Notes: generated by a model from the sequence alone, not told the origin. Counted from the first letter of the stretch, positions 28,849 through 42,362 are shown. The stretch is 64,000 bases of DNA from Roseovarius sp. (GCA_032251095.1 JAVVFB010000001.1:969-64968); one strand, 5' to 3'. Numbers and translations are program-made.

Positions 28849-30279
28849 TCAGCCCTCATCGGTTGTGTTCAGAAAGCCATATTTGCGCAGTTTGACATAG
28901 AGGCTCTGACGCGAAAGGCCGAGCATTTCTGCCGCAGCGACGCGGTTGTTGTTGGTCAGACGCACAGCCGTTTCGATGCACATCTTCTCAACCACATCAG
29001 AGGTGGCCGAAACCAGCTCTTTCAAAGACGCCGTGCCCACCAGATCCATGACGTTCTTCATCGCCTCTTCGCTCACGGCGGCGGCGGCATCGTCGACCGC
29101 ACCTATATCACGCGGGGTGACATCACGGATGATAAGGCCGACGCCAAGATCGGTGCCGCGCCCGCGCAGACGCGCAGCCGAGATATCAACCGTGGCGCGG
29201 GTGCCTACAATACTCTGGATTTGCGCGCCATAGCTGCGCATCCGCCCCGTCTTGCGGGTGTTGTCAAGAATAAGCTTGAGATCAACACTTCCACGCGTCA
29301 GGAAGTCCGCCATCGAGCGATCCTGCACATCGCGCAGCTGCGCGGCATCCGACAACACGAGAAAGCCTTCGTTCGCGTCGCGAATAACACCGTTTGAATC
29401 GATCAGAACAATCGCATCGCTACTTGCCTCGAACAGCGCCGACAGCGCCTTTGAAGATTCGGGACGCGCGGCCTCGTCATCCTCGATCGGAATAATCCGG
29501 CACAGCATCAGAACCTCACCCGAGGCGCGGAAGAAATCAGGGCTCAGGCGCATAAGGCGGCCATTGCGGCGCACGATCACTTCGACGCCGGTGATTTCAT
29601 CGGACGAGGCGGAATTGCGCAATTGCTCCATGAAGGTCGAACGACGCTGACCTTCAAAGGCCTGCGCAAAGGCATTGCCGTTAAGGATGTCACGCTTGGA
29701 CCCCAAAAGGCGCGCCGCCGCCGAATTGATATCACGAATGCGCCCAGACTCGGGTTCAACAAGCACAAGCGGGGTTTCCGACGCCTCAAGTACCACACGA
29801 TAGCAGGTCTCGATGCCGCGGAATTTTTCAAGCTCGCGATCGCGCGCCGCCTGTTCGCGCACAAGCTTTTGCTGAATTTCCGCCAGCGGCTGCATATCGC
29901 GGCCAAGCAAAAGGATGCCGCCGCTTCCGGTGTCACGATGCAGCGTATAGCGCACCGGGAATTCCCAGGTTGCATTGTCCACATGGTTCAGTTCGACCGG
30001 GCGCGGGGAACTGCCCGGATCACTGCGAATCTGATTGACACGGCTCAGGAATTTCTCGCGGCTGTCAATATGCAGAAAACCACAGAAATCACGGCCAAGC
30101 CAATGATCAAGACACCCAAGCGAGGGGGATTCCGCGTTTACGGAGATCGCTTTGACAATGTTCTTGTCATCCACAAGAACCGCGATGTCAGAGGCCTGTT
30201 CAATCAGTTTTTCAACGCGTGACGGCTCTGGCAAACCACCAGCCTGGTGCCGCTCAGTAGGCCTGTTCTGTTTTGTCAC
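28849..30279 (-). CDS. ppsR: photosynthesis gene repressor PpsR/CrtJ (PAS domains + Fis-type HTH)
   Basis: 476 aa with C-terminal HTH ...RVAAAEMLGLSRQSLYVKLRKYG... and PGC context downstream of ppaA. GTG start at 30279; a later TTG is possible. Confidence 0.9.
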   Translation of the reverse strand: MTKQNRPTERHQAGGLPEPSRVEKLIEQASDIAVLVDDKNIVKAISVNAESPSLGCLDHWLGRDFCGFLHIDSREKFLSRVNQIRSDPGSSPRPVELNHVDNATWEFPVRYTLHRDTGSGGILLLGRDMQPLAEIQQKLVREQAARDRELEKFRGIETCYRVVLEASETPLVLVEPESGRIRDINSAAARLLGSKRDILNGNAFAQAFEGQRRSTFMEQLRNSASSDEITGVEVIVRRNGRLMRLSPDFFRASGEVLMLCRIIPIEDDEAARPESSKALSALFEASSDAIVLIDSNGVIRDANEGFLVLSDAAQLRDVQDRSMADFLTRGSVDLKLILDNTRKTGRMRSYGAQIQSIVGTRATVDISAARLRGRGTDLGVGLIIRDVTPRDIGAVDDAAAAVSEEAMKNVMDLVGTASLKELVSATSDVVEKMCIETAVRLTNNNRVAAAEMLGLSRQSLYVKLRKYGFLNTTDEG

Positions 30280-30312
30280 GCTTTCACCCCGTCTATCACG
30301 CGAAAGCGTGAC
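30275..30312 (-). promoter_or_regulatory. 11-bp perfect inverted repeat spanning the ppaA-ppsR junction
   Basis: Sense RNA reads UAA-AG-GUCACGCUUUC-(16 nt)-GAAAGCGUGAC. The second arm contains the ppsR GUG start. The first arm begins 2 nt after the ppaA stop. Confidence 0.6.
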
Positions 30313-30314
30313 CT

Positions 30315-31106
30315 TTAAGAACCGGCGTCAATCGAGAGTGTTTGGGCCACCGAAGCAAGTCCACAGCGCTCTATCGCTGCGCGCGCGGTCCTGACTGCAT
30401 AGTCCGCCCCGGTTCGCTTTTCAAACTCACTCGGTTTACCGACCAATTGACCACCAAGAACGACAGGTGGACACGTTTCAATATTCGACCGCAAGTAATC
30501 TATCAATTCTATCAGACATTCAAGCGTTTTTGAACTGCCAACGGTGATTCCGACCATGGCAAATCGACCAGAATCAATAAGATGCACAAGTTCCTCGCCT
30601 TCCAGCCCGATTGCCACGTGAACCCAAAGACCGTGTCGGCGGAACTGATCGGCCGCAACAAACGCTCCGATTGAGTGATCTTCAAATTCGGGGATGACCA
30701 TAAGCACCGATTGACCAAGCGGAATGCTGCGATCAAGCCATCCGCCCATCTCGCCATCTTTGCGCTTGCGAAACAACGCCTGAAGCCGCGAGGCGCCGAC
30801 GGTAACATCAACAAAGCTTGCCTTGTCCTGCACCCAAAGCTCACCCAGATAGCGCGCGGCTTCGGGCACGTAATACTGAAAGATTTCGGTGGATGAGATG
30901 CCATTGCCCATCATGGCGGCGATCACACGGCTATGCGCAGCTTCGGAGTCGTCGCTTAGGGCCTCGCAAAGATGCGCGACCCAGGCTTCGCGCGTCTTGG
31001 GTGTCTCAACGCCCTGCTTGTCGAGCGCAACACTTCGTAAAGCAGATTCGACCAGAAACCGTATGCCGGACTTCTTGACGATCCTACTGTCGTCCGATTC
31101 ATTCAT
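30315..31106 (-). CDS. ppaA: PpaA/AerR-type cobalamin-binding antirepressor
   Basis: ATG 31106 follows GGAGG. B12-binding-domain-like region with EDHSIG at the DxHxxG position. Sits immediately upstream of ppsR and divergent from bchF. Confidence 0.75.
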   Translation of the reverse strand: MNESDDSRIVKKSGIRFLVESALRSVALDKQGVETPKTREAWVAHLCEALSDDSEAAHSRVIAAMMGNGISSTEIFQYYVPEAARYLGELWVQDKASFVDVTVGASRLQALFRKRKDGEMGGWLDRSIPLGQSVLMVIPEFEDHSIGAFVAADQFRRHGLWVHVAIGLEGEELVHLIDSGRFAMVGITVGSSKTLECLIELIDYLRSNIETCPPVVLGGQLVGKPSEFEKRTGADYAVRTARAAIERCGLASVAQTLSIDAGS

Positions 31107-31236
31107 GTCGTCCCCTCCACACTTAGCTCTGATGTGCTTCGCTTTTTGTGTCAATCCACACCGTCGACACACGCGTCAGGAACAAACAAGCCATCTCCTG
31201 CTCTATTGGTGATAGTTTGAAGCGATGCCATTTAAA

Positions 31237-31254
31237 TGTCAAATTTTCCTGACA
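31237..31254. promoter_or_regulatory. PpsR operator (TGT-N12-ACA), ppaA-proximal
   Basis: TGTCAAATTTTCCTGACA is a perfect match to the PpsR/CrtJ palindrome. On the minus strand it ends in TTGACA. Confidence 0.8.
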
Positions 31255-31403
31255 GAATGTCGCATCCTATTTCGCATCACCCTGTAATTGATCATTAAAA
31301 TCACGTCCCTGTCGGTAGGATTATTTGTTTTCCGCCCTCAAATCGAACTCGACCCCGCGAATCCCCCTCGTCAATCATCCGTTACATTTCGAATTTTTCA
31401 ATG

Positions 31404-31421
31404 TGTAAATTTTAATTGACA
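31404..31421. promoter_or_regulatory. PpsR operator (TGT-N12-ACA), bchF-proximal
   Basis: TGTAAATTTTAATTGACA is a perfect match. It overlaps the putative -35 of bchF. Confidence 0.8.
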
Positions 31422-31445
31422 CTTTTGCCCATACGGCCGTAGCAT
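31416..31445 (+). promoter_or_regulatory. sigma-70-like promoter of the bchF operon
   Basis: TTGACA (31416-21), 18 nt, TAGCAT (31440-45), about 30 nt upstream of the bchF ATG. Confidence 0.5.
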
Positions 31446-31477
31446 CGACAGTAGGTCCAGGAACCAAAGGGGGGACT

Positions 31478-33238
<1,761 letters not shown>

Positions 33239-33245
33239 TCGCCCT

Positions 33246-33296
33246 CTTTCATCGTTCCATAAATACTCCGGGGAGCGCGAGGGGCTGGCCCCTCGC
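33246..33296 (-). repeat. degenerate REP-like repeat copy in the bchN|bchB spacer
   Basis: TTTCATCGTTCCATAAATACTCCGGGGA matches about 20/29 positions of the repeat tail. The hairpin GCGAGGGG-ctgg-CCCCTCGC (33277-33296) follows. Confidence 0.5.
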
Positions 33297-33305
33297 TGGT
33301 GCCGC

Positions 33306-34865
33306 ATGAAGCTGACGCTGTGGACATATGAGGGCCCGCCGCATGTGGGGGCGATGCGTGTCGCGACCGCAATGACCGGGCTGCATTACGTGCTGCACGC
33401 GCCGCAGGGCGATACCTATGCCGACCTTCTGTTCACCATGATCGAGCGGCGCAATCACCGCCCACCGGTGACCTATACCACCTTTCAGGCGCGCGATCTT
33501 GGCGCCGATACCGCCAATCTGTTCAAGACCGCAGCCCGCGCCGCCTATGACCGTTTCAAGCCCGAGGCGATGATCGTGGGGGCGTCCTGCACGGCCGAAC
33601 TTATTCAGGATGATCCCGGCGGCATGGCCGAGACGATGGGCCTGCCAATCCCGGTGATCGCGCTTGATCTGCCAAGCTATCAGCGCAAGGAAAACTTTGG
33701 CGCCGATGAGACCTTCTTTCAGATCACCCGTGCGCTTGCGCGCCCCTGCGCCAAGACCAGCCATGTAAGCTGTAACCTGATCGGCGCCACCGGGCTTGGC
33801 TTTCGCCATCGCGATGACGTGACCGAATTGACGGCGATGCTGTCGGATATGGGCGTCAACGTGAACGTCACCGCGCCTTACGGCGCGTCTCCGGGTGACA
33901 TCGCCCGGCTGGGCGCGGCGCATTTCAACGTGCTGATGTATCCCGAGACCGGCGAGGCGGCGTGCCGTTGGATGGAGCGCGAGCTTGGCCTGCCCTACAC
34001 CCGGACCGTGCCGATCGGCGTTGGCGCCACCCGCGATTTTCTGGCCGAGGTCGGCGGCATTACCGGGCTCAAGGTCCAGCTTGATGAAAGCCGTCTGCGC
34101 CAGCCCTGGTATGCGGCCAGCGTGGACAGCACCTATCTTACCGGCAAGCGGGTCTTTCTGTTTGGCGATGGCACCCATGTGGCCGCCGCCGCGCGGATCG
34201 TGCGCGATGAGATGGGGTTCGAGGTGGTCGGGCTTGGCTGTTACAACCGCGAAATGGCGCGTCCCATTCGGGCCTTGGCCAAGGAATACGGCGTCGCGCC
34301 GCTGATCACCGATGATTATCTTGAGGTCGAGGCGGCAATCGAAGCACTGGCCCCCGAGATGATCCTTGGCACCCAGATGGAGCGGATGATCGGCAAGCGC
34401 CTTGGCATTCCCTGCGCCGTCATTTCCGCCCCGGTTCATGTTCAGGATTTCCCCGCCCGCTATTCACCGCAGATGGGCATCGAGGGCGCGAACGTGATGT
34501 TCGACACCTGGGTGCATCCCTTGGTGATGGGGCTTGAGGAGCATCTTTTGCATATGTTCCGCGAGGATTTCGAGTTTCACGATGCCGCCGGCGCGAGCCA
34601 TCATGGTGGCGCGCATGGGACGCGCGACGAGGGGGGGCCAGCCCCCCAGCCTGCGGCTTCCCCCCGGGATATTTCAGGCCAGAAGAATGAGGGAATCGGT
34701 GGCGAGGTGATCTGGCTTGAGGCCGCCGAGCGCGAGTTGAAGAAGATCCCGTTCTTTGTGCGCGGCAAGGCGCGGCGCAATACCGAGAGCTTTGCCACTG
34801 AGAAGGGCGTGAGCCAGATCAGCGTCGAGACGCTTTATGAGGCAAAGGCCCATTATGCGCGATGA
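33306..34865 (+). CDS. bchB: light-independent protochlorophyllide reductase subunit B
   Basis: [23 protein letters not shown]... from ATG 33306. C-terminal ...[15 protein letters not shown]...[12 protein letters not shown]. Confidence 0.9.
   Translation: MKLTLWTYEGPPHVGAMRVATAMTGLHYVLHAPQGDTYADLLFTMIERRNHRPPVTYTTFQARDLGADTANLFKTAARAAYDRFKPEAMIVGASCTAELIQDDPGGMAETMGLPIPVIALDLPSYQRKENFGADETFFQITRALARPCAKTSHVSCNLIGATGLGFRHRDDVTELTAMLSDMGVNVNVTAPYGASPGDIARLGAAHFNVLMYPETGEAACRWMERELGLPYTRTVPIGVGATRDFLAEVGGITGLKVQLDESRLRQPWYAASVDSTYLTGKRVFLFGDGTHVAAAARIVRDEMGFEVVGLGCYNREMARPIRALAKEYGVAPLITDDYLEVEAAIEALAPEMILGTQMERMIGKRLGIPCAVISAPVHVQDFPARYSPQMGIEGANVMFDTWVHPLVMGLEEHLLHMFREDFEFHDAAGASHHGGAHGTRDEGGPAPQPAASPRDISGQKNEGIGGEVIWLEAAERELKKIPFFVRGKARRNTESFATEKGVSQISVETLYEAKAHYAR
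34631..34688 (+). repeat. REP-like repeat copy F, inside the bchB coding sequence
   Basis: GGGGGGGCCAGCCCCCC...CCCCCGGGATATTTCAGGCCAGAAGAA, translated in frame as ...[22 protein letters not shown]... Confidence 0.8.
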
Positions 34866-37800
34866 CATTTTCCCCCAGGCCCGCGCGGCCCGCTATCGGG
34901 TGGTGATCCTGACGCTTGATTCGCATGCCGCCGGGGCCTGTGCGCGGGTCGGCGAGCGTCTGGCGGTGGATTTTCCGGGGTTGAGCGTCAGCGTGCATGC
35001 CGCCGCCGAATGGGGCGAAACGCCTGCGTCACTTGAGGCGGCACGGCAAGATATCGCACGTGGCGATATCATCGTTTGCAGCCTGTTGTTTCTCGAAGAG
35101 CATCTCAAGGCGATCATGCCCGACCTGTTGGCGCGGCGCGATCAATGCGATGCGATGATTGGGGTGATTGCGGATGCGCAGATCGTCAAGCTGACGCGCA
35201 TGGGCACACTGGATATGGCGGCGCCGGAAAGCGGCGCGCGCAAGTTGATAAAGAAGTTGCGCGGCTCGGACACGCCCTCGGCCGAATCCGGCGAGAAGAA
35301 GATGCGCATGCTGCGCCGCCTGCCACGTATCCTTAAGTTCATTCCCGGCAAGGCGCAGGATTTGCGGGCGTGGTTTCTGGTCATGCAATACTGGCTTGGC
35401 GGATCGGACGACAATATCGAAGCGATGGTTCGGTTCTTGCTGTCGCGCTATAGCCGTGAGCCTCGCTGGCTGGGTGTCGCGGCGCCCGCGCCTGTCGCGT
35501 ATCCTGATGTTGGCCTCTATCACCCCGACCTGGCCGAGCGGATCACCACCGAGGCGGCAGATTTGCCCGTGCCCGAGGGCGCGGTTGCGACGGTTGGCCT
35601 GTTGTTGATGCGCAGCTATGTCCTGTCCTCCGACTGTGCCCATTACGACGCCGTGATCCGCGGCTTTGAGGCACGCGGCATCCGGGTGATTGCGGCCTTT
35701 GCCGGCGGTCTTGACGGGCGCCCGGCGATTGCAAGGTATTTCCAGGGCGAGCATGGCGCGCGGATTGACGCGATGGTCTCGCTGACCGGCTTTTCGCTTG
35801 TGGGCGGGCCGGCCTATAACGACAGCGCGGCGGCGGTCGAGGTGCTGGCCAAGCTTGACGTGCCCTATATTGCCGCCCATCCGCTAGAGTTTCAGACGCT
35901 TGGCCAATGGGCCAATTCCGGTCAGGGGCTTGGCCCGATCGAGACCACGATGCTGGTGGCGCTGCCCGAGCTTGACGGCGCGACCAACCCGACGATCTTT
36001 GCCGGCCGGCTGGGGGCCGATGGCTGTCAGGGCTGCGCACATATGTGCGTAAGTCAATCCGGCACCAAGGCGATGGCGCCCTGCGCCGAGCGGATCGACA
36101 GCCTTGCCGAAAAGACCCTGCGGCTGGCGTTGCTGCGCCGCAAGAAGAATGCCGACAAGAAGGTCGGGATTGTCTTGTTCGGCTTTCCGCCCAATGCCGG
36201 GGCCGTGGGCACCGCCGCCTATCTGAGCGTGTTCGAGAGCCTGTTCAACACGCTGCATGCGCTGAAGGCCGATGGCTATGATCTGAGCCCGCCGGAAACC
36301 GTGGAGGAGCTGCGCGCCATCGTGCTTGAGGGCAATGCGCGCCAATTCGGGCAAGAGGCCAATGTCGCCGATCACGTGAGCGCCGATACCATCGTGCGCA
36401 CCACGCCCCCCCTCAAGGCGATCGAGGCGGTCTGGGGCCCGGCGCCGGGCAAGATCCAATCGGATGGGCGCGGCGTGTTCGTGCTGGGCGCGCATTTCGG
36501 CAATGTCTTCGTGGGGGTACAGCCAACCTTTGGCTATGAGGGCGACCCGATGCGGCTTTTGTTCGAGACCGGCTTTGCCCCGACCCATGCCTTCGCCACG
36601 TTTTACCTCTGGCTCAAGAATACGCTCAAGGCCGATGTGATCCTGCATTTCGGCATGCATGGCGCGCTGGAGTTCATGCCGGGCAAACAGTCGGGCCTTG
36701 GGGCACGCGACTGGCCGGACCGGCTTATTGGCGAGATGCCGAATGTCTATCTTTATGCCTCCAACAATCCTTCCGAGGCGAGCCTTGCCAAGCGCCGCTC
36801 GGGCGCGGTGACGATCACCCACCTGACGCCGCCGCTCTCGACCGCCGGGCTTTACAAGGGCATGGCGGAATTGAAGGACAGCCTGACCCGCTGGCGTGAA
36901 ATGGCCGTGGCCGCGCCCGAGCGCGCCGAGATCGAGGCGCTGATTTGCGAACAGGCGGATGCGGTTGACATGGATGGGCGCGATGTGGCGGCGCTCTGGC
37001 TCAAGCTGTTGGAAACCGAAGAGGCGTTGATCCCCGAAGGCCTTCATGTTCTGGGCCGCCCGATGAGCGCGGCGGCGCGTGCCGATTACCTTGCGGTGAT
37101 GGACGGGGCCGACGGCGAGACCCGCGCGCGGGTTGATGCGCTATTGCAGGTCGATCATGAAATCCCCGCGCTTCTGCATGCATTACGCGCGGGCTATACC
37201 CGCCCGGTGGCGGGCGGCGATTTGATCCGCTCGCCTGATATCCTGCCGACGGGGCGCAATATCCACGCGTTTGATCCGTTCCGCATGCCGACCGAATTTG
37301 CCTGTCGCGATGGGGCGCGTCAGGCGCAGATGTTGCTTGATACCCACAAGAGCCTGCCGCGCAGCATCGCGCTTGTGCTTTGGGGGTCGGACAATATCAA
37401 ATCCGACGGAAGCCCGATTGCTCAGGCGCTTGCCCTGATGGGGGCAAAGCCGCGCTTTGACAGTTTCGGGCGCTTGAGCGGTGCCGATCTTGTCCCGCTG
37501 GCAGAGCTTGGCCGCCCGCGCATTGACGTGGTGATGACCCTGTCGGGCATTTTCCGTGATCTTCTGCCGCTTCAGACCCGGATGCTGGCCGAGGCGGCGC
37601 TGACGGCGGCGATGGCCGATGAGCCGGAAGAGCAGAATTTCATCCGTGCGCATGCCCTGGCTTACGCCGCAAAGATCGGCTGTGATCTTGAAACCGCCGC
37701 GCTTCGGGTGTTTTCAAATGCCGAAGGCGCCTACGGCTCGAACGTCAATCAGTTGGTGGATAGCTCGGCCTTTGACGACGAGGACGAGTTGGCCGATGCG

Positions 37801-38424
37801 TATGAGGCGCGCAAGAGCTTTGCTTACGGCGTCAACGGCAAGGCACAGAAACAGGCGGGCCTGTTGCACGCGGCGCTTGGCGATGTGGAAGTGGCCTATC
37901 AGAACCTTGAATCGGTTGAATTGGGCGTCACCACGGTTGATCATTATTTCGACACCCTCGGCGGGATCAGCCGCGCGGTGAAACGCGCGCGCGGCAGCGA
38001 TGCGGCGGTCTATATCAGCGATCAGACCCGCGGCGCCGGCAAGGTGCGCACCCTGTCAGAGCAGGTCGCGCTTGAAACCCGCTCGCGCCAGCTTAACCCG
38101 AAATTCCACGAGGCGCTTTTGACCCATGGCGCCGAAGGTGTGCGCCAGATTGATGCCTATGTGACCAACACGATGGGCTGGTCCGCGACCACCGGGCAGG
38201 TCGAACCTTGGGTCTATCAGCGGATTTCCGAGACCTTCGTTCTGGACGAGGTGATGCGCAAGCGGCTGAGCGATCTCAATCCGGCGGCCTCGTCACGGAT
38301 GGCGAACCGCCTGCTTGAGGCCCATGACCGCGCCTATTGGAAAACCGACGCGGCGACGCTGGCCGCGCTGCAAGAGGCCGCGGCCGCGATCGAGGATCGG
38401 TTGGAAGGGATCGCCGCAGAATGA
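34855..38424 (+). CDS. bchH: magnesium chelatase subunit H
   Basis: About 1190 aa, CobN/Mg-chelatase family, ...[14 protein letters not shown].... ATG 34855 (AAGG 6 nt upstream) overlaps the bchB stop. An alternative ATG is at 34837. Confidence 0.9.
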   Translation: MRDDIFPQARAARYRVVILTLDSHAAGACARVGERLAVDFPGLSVSVHAAAEWGETPASLEAARQDIARGDIIVCSLLFLEEHLKAIMPDLLARRDQCDAMIGVIADAQIVKLTRMGTLDMAAPESGARKLIKKLRGSDTPSAESGEKKMRMLRRLPRILKFIPGKAQDLRAWFLVMQYWLGGSDDNIEAMVRFLLSRYSREPRWLGVAAPAPVAYPDVGLYHPDLAERITTEAADLPVPEGAVATVGLLLMRSYVLSSDCAHYDAVIRGFEARGIRVIAAFAGGLDGRPAIARYFQGEHGARIDAMVSLTGFSLVGGPAYNDSAAAVEVLAKLDVPYIAAHPLEFQTLGQWANSGQGLGPIETTMLVALPELDGATNPTIFAGRLGADGCQGCAHMCVSQSGTKAMAPCAERIDSLAEKTLRLALLRRKKNADKKVGIVLFGFPPNAGAVGTAAYLSVFESLFNTLHALKADGYDLSPPETVEELRAIVLEGNARQFGQEANVADHVSADTIVRTTPPLKAIEAVWGPAPGKIQSDGRGVFVLGAHFGNVFVGVQPTFGYEGDPMRLLFETGFAPTHAFATFYLWLKNTLKADVILHFGMHGALEFMPGKQSGLGARDWPDRLIGEMPNVYLYASNNPSEASLAKRRSGAVTITHLTPPLSTAGLYKGMAELKDSLTRWREMAVAAPERAEIEALICEQADAVDMDGRDVAALWLKLLETEEALIPEGLHVLGRPMSAAARADYLAVMDGADGETRARVDALLQVDHEIPALLHALRAGYTRPVAGGDLIRSPDILPTGRNIHAFDPFRMPTEFACRDGARQAQMLLDTHKSLPRSIALVLWGSDNIKSDGSPIAQALALMGAKPRFDSFGRLSGADLVPLAELGRPRIDVVMTLSGIFRDLLPLQTRMLAEAALTAAMADEPEEQNFIRAHALAYAAKIGCDLETAALRVFSNAEGAYGSNVNQLVDSSAFDDEDELADAYEARKSFAYGVNGKAQKQAGLLHAALGDVEVAYQNLESVELGVTTVDHYFDTLGGISRAVKRARGSDAAVYISDQTRGAGKVRTLSEQVALETRSRQLNPKFHEALLTHGAEGVRQIDAYVTNTMGWSATTGQVEPWVYQRISETFVLDEVMRKRLSDLNPAASSRMANRLLEAHDRAYWKTDAATLAALQEAAAAIEDRLEGIAAE

Positions 38425-38456
38425 GCATCCCGGCCACATATCAACAAACCGCTCGT

Positions 38457-39429
<973 letters not shown>

Positions 39430-39430
<1 letters not shown>

Positions 39431-40110
39431 TGTCGTATGACCAGACCCTGAGCCGCGTCGAGACCTATTTCGACAAGACCGCCACCCGGACCTGGGAACG
39501 GCTGACCTCTGACGCGCCGGTGTCGAGAATTCGTGAAACCGTCCGTCGCGGGCGTGACCGGATGCGCGCGCATATGCTGTCGCGTCTGCCCGAGGATCTG
39601 CGCGGCGTGCGGGTGCTTGATGCGGGCTGTGGCGCGGGTCAGATGACGGCGGAACTTGCGGTGCGCGGGGCCGATGTGGTGGCGGTCGATATCTCGCCCT
39701 CACTGGTCGAGATCGCGCGCAAACGCCTGCCCGAGGGGCTTGGCGCGCGGGTACAATTCGCCAGTGGCGATATGCTTGATCCCGCCCTTGGGCGGTTTGA
39801 TTACGTGCTGGGGATGGACAGCCTTATTTACTATAACGACGCCGATATTTCCAATGCACTCAAGACCTTGAGCGCGCGCACCAATGCCAGCGTGGTGTTT
39901 ACGGTGGCGCCACGCACCCCGCTTTTGATGGCGATGTGGCGGGTTGGAAAACTGTTTCCGCAAAGCGACCGCTCGCCGATCATGGTGCCGCATTCGCCCG
40001 CAGGCCTTGCCGCCGCATTGCGCAAGGCACAGGCGCCGGGAAGCTTGCACGCCCTGAGCCGGATCACATCGGGGTTCTATATCAGTCAGGCAATGGAGCT
40101 TGCAAAATGA
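39430..40110 (+). CDS. bchM: magnesium protoporphyrin IX methyltransferase
   Basis: 226 aa, SAM motif VLDAGCGAGQMT, follows bchL. Confidence 0.9.
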
Positions 40111-41549
40111 AGACGCGCCGGCCCTCTCCTCTTGTCGGGTTGACCACACGGGTCTTGCCCTTTGCCGATGCGGCAAGTGAGGGCCTGCCGATGCGCGATC
40201 TGCTGCGGCTTTCGCTGTTTCAGGTCTCGGTCGGGATGGCGTCGGTGATGCTTTTGGGCACGCTCAACCGGGTGATGATCGTCGAGCTTTCAGTGCCGGC
40301 ACTTGTGGTTGCGCTGATGATCGCGCTGCCGGTGCTTTTGGCGCCGTTCCGCGCCTTGCTCGGTTTTCGCTCTGATACGCACCGCTCTGCGCTTGGCTGG
40401 AAGCGGGTGCCCTATCTCTGGTTCGGCTCGCTCTGGCAGATGGGCGGGCTGGCGGTGATGCCATTCGCGCTTTTGGTGCTTGGCGGTCAACAGACGGTCG
40501 GGCCCACATGGGCGGGCGAAGTGCTTGCCGCGATCGCATTTCTGATGACCGGGCTTGGCCTGCACATGACCCAGACCGCCGGGCTGGCGCTTGCCAGTGA
40601 CCGCGCGACCGAGGAAACCCGCCCGCGGGTTGTGGCGCTGCTTTACGTGATGTTCCTGATCGGCATGGGCCTATCGGCGATCATCGTTGGCTGGCTGCTC
40701 AAGGATTTCTCGCCCTTCCGCCTTATCCGGGTGGTTCAGGGCGCGGCGGTGGTTGGCATTCTGCTCAACCTCGTGGCGCTCTGGAAGCAGGAAAAGCTTG
40801 CCCCGATGAGCCGCGCCGACCGCGAGGCCCCGCGCCCGCAGTTCCGCGAGGCCTGGGCCGACCTGATGGCGGGCGGCTCGGCCGGGCGGCTTTTGGCGGT
40901 CGTGTTCCTTGGCACCATGGCCTTTAACATGCAGGACGTCTTGCTAGAACCTTATGGCGGCGAAGTGCTTGGCCTGTCGGTGTCCTCGACCACCATGCTT
41001 ACGGCGGTCTGGGCGGTTGGCGCGCTTTTGGGCTTTGGCCTTGCGGGCCGGATGCTTGGCCGCAAAGCCAATCCCTACCGGATGGCGGCGGGCGGGCTTT
41101 TGGCCGGGCTGGCGGCGTTTTCCATTGTGATTTTCGCGGCTCCGATGAATTCTGCGCCGCTGTTCTTTGCCGGGGCCGGCCTGATCGGATTTGGCGGTGG
41201 CCTGTTCGCGGTCTCAACCCTGACGGCGGCGATGACCATGCCCGCGCAGGGGCTTGCGGGGGCCGGGCTTGCGCTTGGGGCCTGGGGCGCAGCGCAGGCG
41301 ACGGCGGCGGGTCTTTCGATCGCCATTGGCGGCGGCCTGCGCGACTGGATCAACCATGCGGCCCTGTCAGGCCAGCTTGGCGAGGCCCTGAACACTAGCG
41401 CGACCGGCTATTCCGTCGTCTACCATGTTGAAATTGCGCTTATTTTCGTCACCCTTGCCGCCCTCGGCCCGCTTGTGCGGTTACCTGGGCGCAAGACCCA
41501 CACCAAATCCGGGGGCGGCCCTATCGGCCTGGCCGACTTCCCCACATGA
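40107..41549 (+). CDS. lhaA: LH1 assembly protein LhaA (PucC/BCD-family MFS)
   Basis: ATG 40107 overlaps the bchM stop (ATGA). Polytopic, 480 aa, between bchM and puhA. Confidence 0.85.
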   Translation: MKTRRPSPLVGLTTRVLPFADAASEGLPMRDLLRLSLFQVSVGMASVMLLGTLNRVMIVELSVPALVVALMIALPVLLAPFRALLGFRSDTHRSALGWKRVPYLWFGSLWQMGGLAVMPFALLVLGGQQTVGPTWAGEVLAAIAFLMTGLGLHMTQTAGLALASDRATEETRPRVVALLYVMFLIGMGLSAIIVGWLLKDFSPFRLIRVVQGAAVVGILLNLVALWKQEKLAPMSRADREAPRPQFREAWADLMAGGSAGRLLAVVFLGTMAFNMQDVLLEPYGGEVLGLSVSSTTMLTAVWAVGALLGFGLAGRMLGRKANPYRMAAGGLLAGLAAFSIVIFAAPMNSAPLFFAGAGLIGFGGGLFAVSTLTAAMTMPAQGLAGAGLALGAWGAAQATAAGLSIAIGGGLRDWINHAALSGQLGEALNTSATGYSVVYHVEIALIFVTLAALGPLVRLPGRKTHTKSGGGPIGLADFPT

Positions 41550-41577
41550 CCCGCGTTTCGTATGAAAGGAATATGAG

Positions 41578-42351
41578 ATGACCGAACCATTCTTTGGAAA
41601 TTTCGATCTGGCGAGCCTGTCTGTCTGGCTTTTCCTTGGCTTCTTCGCCGTGCTGATTTTCTATATCCAGCGTGAGAACATGCGCGAGGGCTATCCGCTT
41701 GAGGATGACGATGGCAACCTGTCGGCCAATCAGGGCCTGTTCCCGCTTCCCGATGACAAGACCTTCAAGCTTCCGCATGGGCGCGGCGAGGTCACCGTGC
41801 CAAGCGGGCAGAACCCCGACCGCACCGATCTTGCGCTTGAAAAGACCGCGGCGGGCAACGGCTTTCCGTTCCAGCCAACGGGCGATCCGATGGTCGATGG
41901 TGTCGGCCCTGCGTCCTGGGCACCGCGCCGCGATGTGCCTGAACTGGATGGTCATGGACACCCCAAGATCGTGCCGATGGCCGCGACCGAGCATTTCGTG
42001 GTTGCCGCGGGGCGTGATCCGCGCGGTCTGGACGTGCATGCAGGCGACGGCGAAGTTGTCGGCAAGGTCACCGATATGTGGATCGACGAACCGGAACAGC
42101 TTGTCCGCTTCCTTGAAATCGAACTTGACGGGAAATGGGGCAGCGGCAAGCGGCTTGTGCCGATCACCTTTACCCGGATCAAATCGGACCGGGTCAAGAT
42201 TCGTTCGATCTTTGGCAAGCATTTCGACGCGGTGCCAAAGCATGCCTCGCCGCGTCAGGTGACCCTGCTCGAGGAAGACAAGATCGCCGCCTATTACGCC
42301 GGTGGCACCCTTTACGCCAGCGAAGCCCGGCTTGAGCCGCAACTCGGATAA
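41578..42351 (+). CDS. puhA: photosynthetic reaction centre subunit H
   Basis: 257 aa, N-terminal TM FDLASLSVWLFLGFFAVLIFYIQRENMREGYPLE, typical RC-H. Confidence 0.95.
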   Translation: MTEPFFGNFDLASLSVWLFLGFFAVLIFYIQRENMREGYPLEDDDGNLSANQGLFPLPDDKTFKLPHGRGEVTVPSGQNPDRTDLALEKTAAGNGFPFQPTGDPMVDGVGPASWAPRRDVPELDGHGHPKIVPMAATEHFVVAAGRDPRGLDVHAGDGEVVGKVTDMWIDEPEQLVRFLEIELDGKWGSGKRLVPITFTRIKSDRVKIRSIFGKHFDAVPKHASPRQVTLLEEDKIAAYYAGGTLYASEARLEPQLG

Positions 42352-42362
42352 GGATCAGCGCC

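Noticed and set aside
9504-30330. Identical 17-mer TTTAAGAACCGGCGTCA at 9504-9520 and 30314-30330
   Set aside because: Both lie at the 3' ends of unrelated minus-strand genes (the PuuD-like gene and ppaA) and are read in different frames. There is no extended similarity on either side. For a 64-kb window a single 17-mer coincidence is unlikely but not negligible, and I see no functional pattern.
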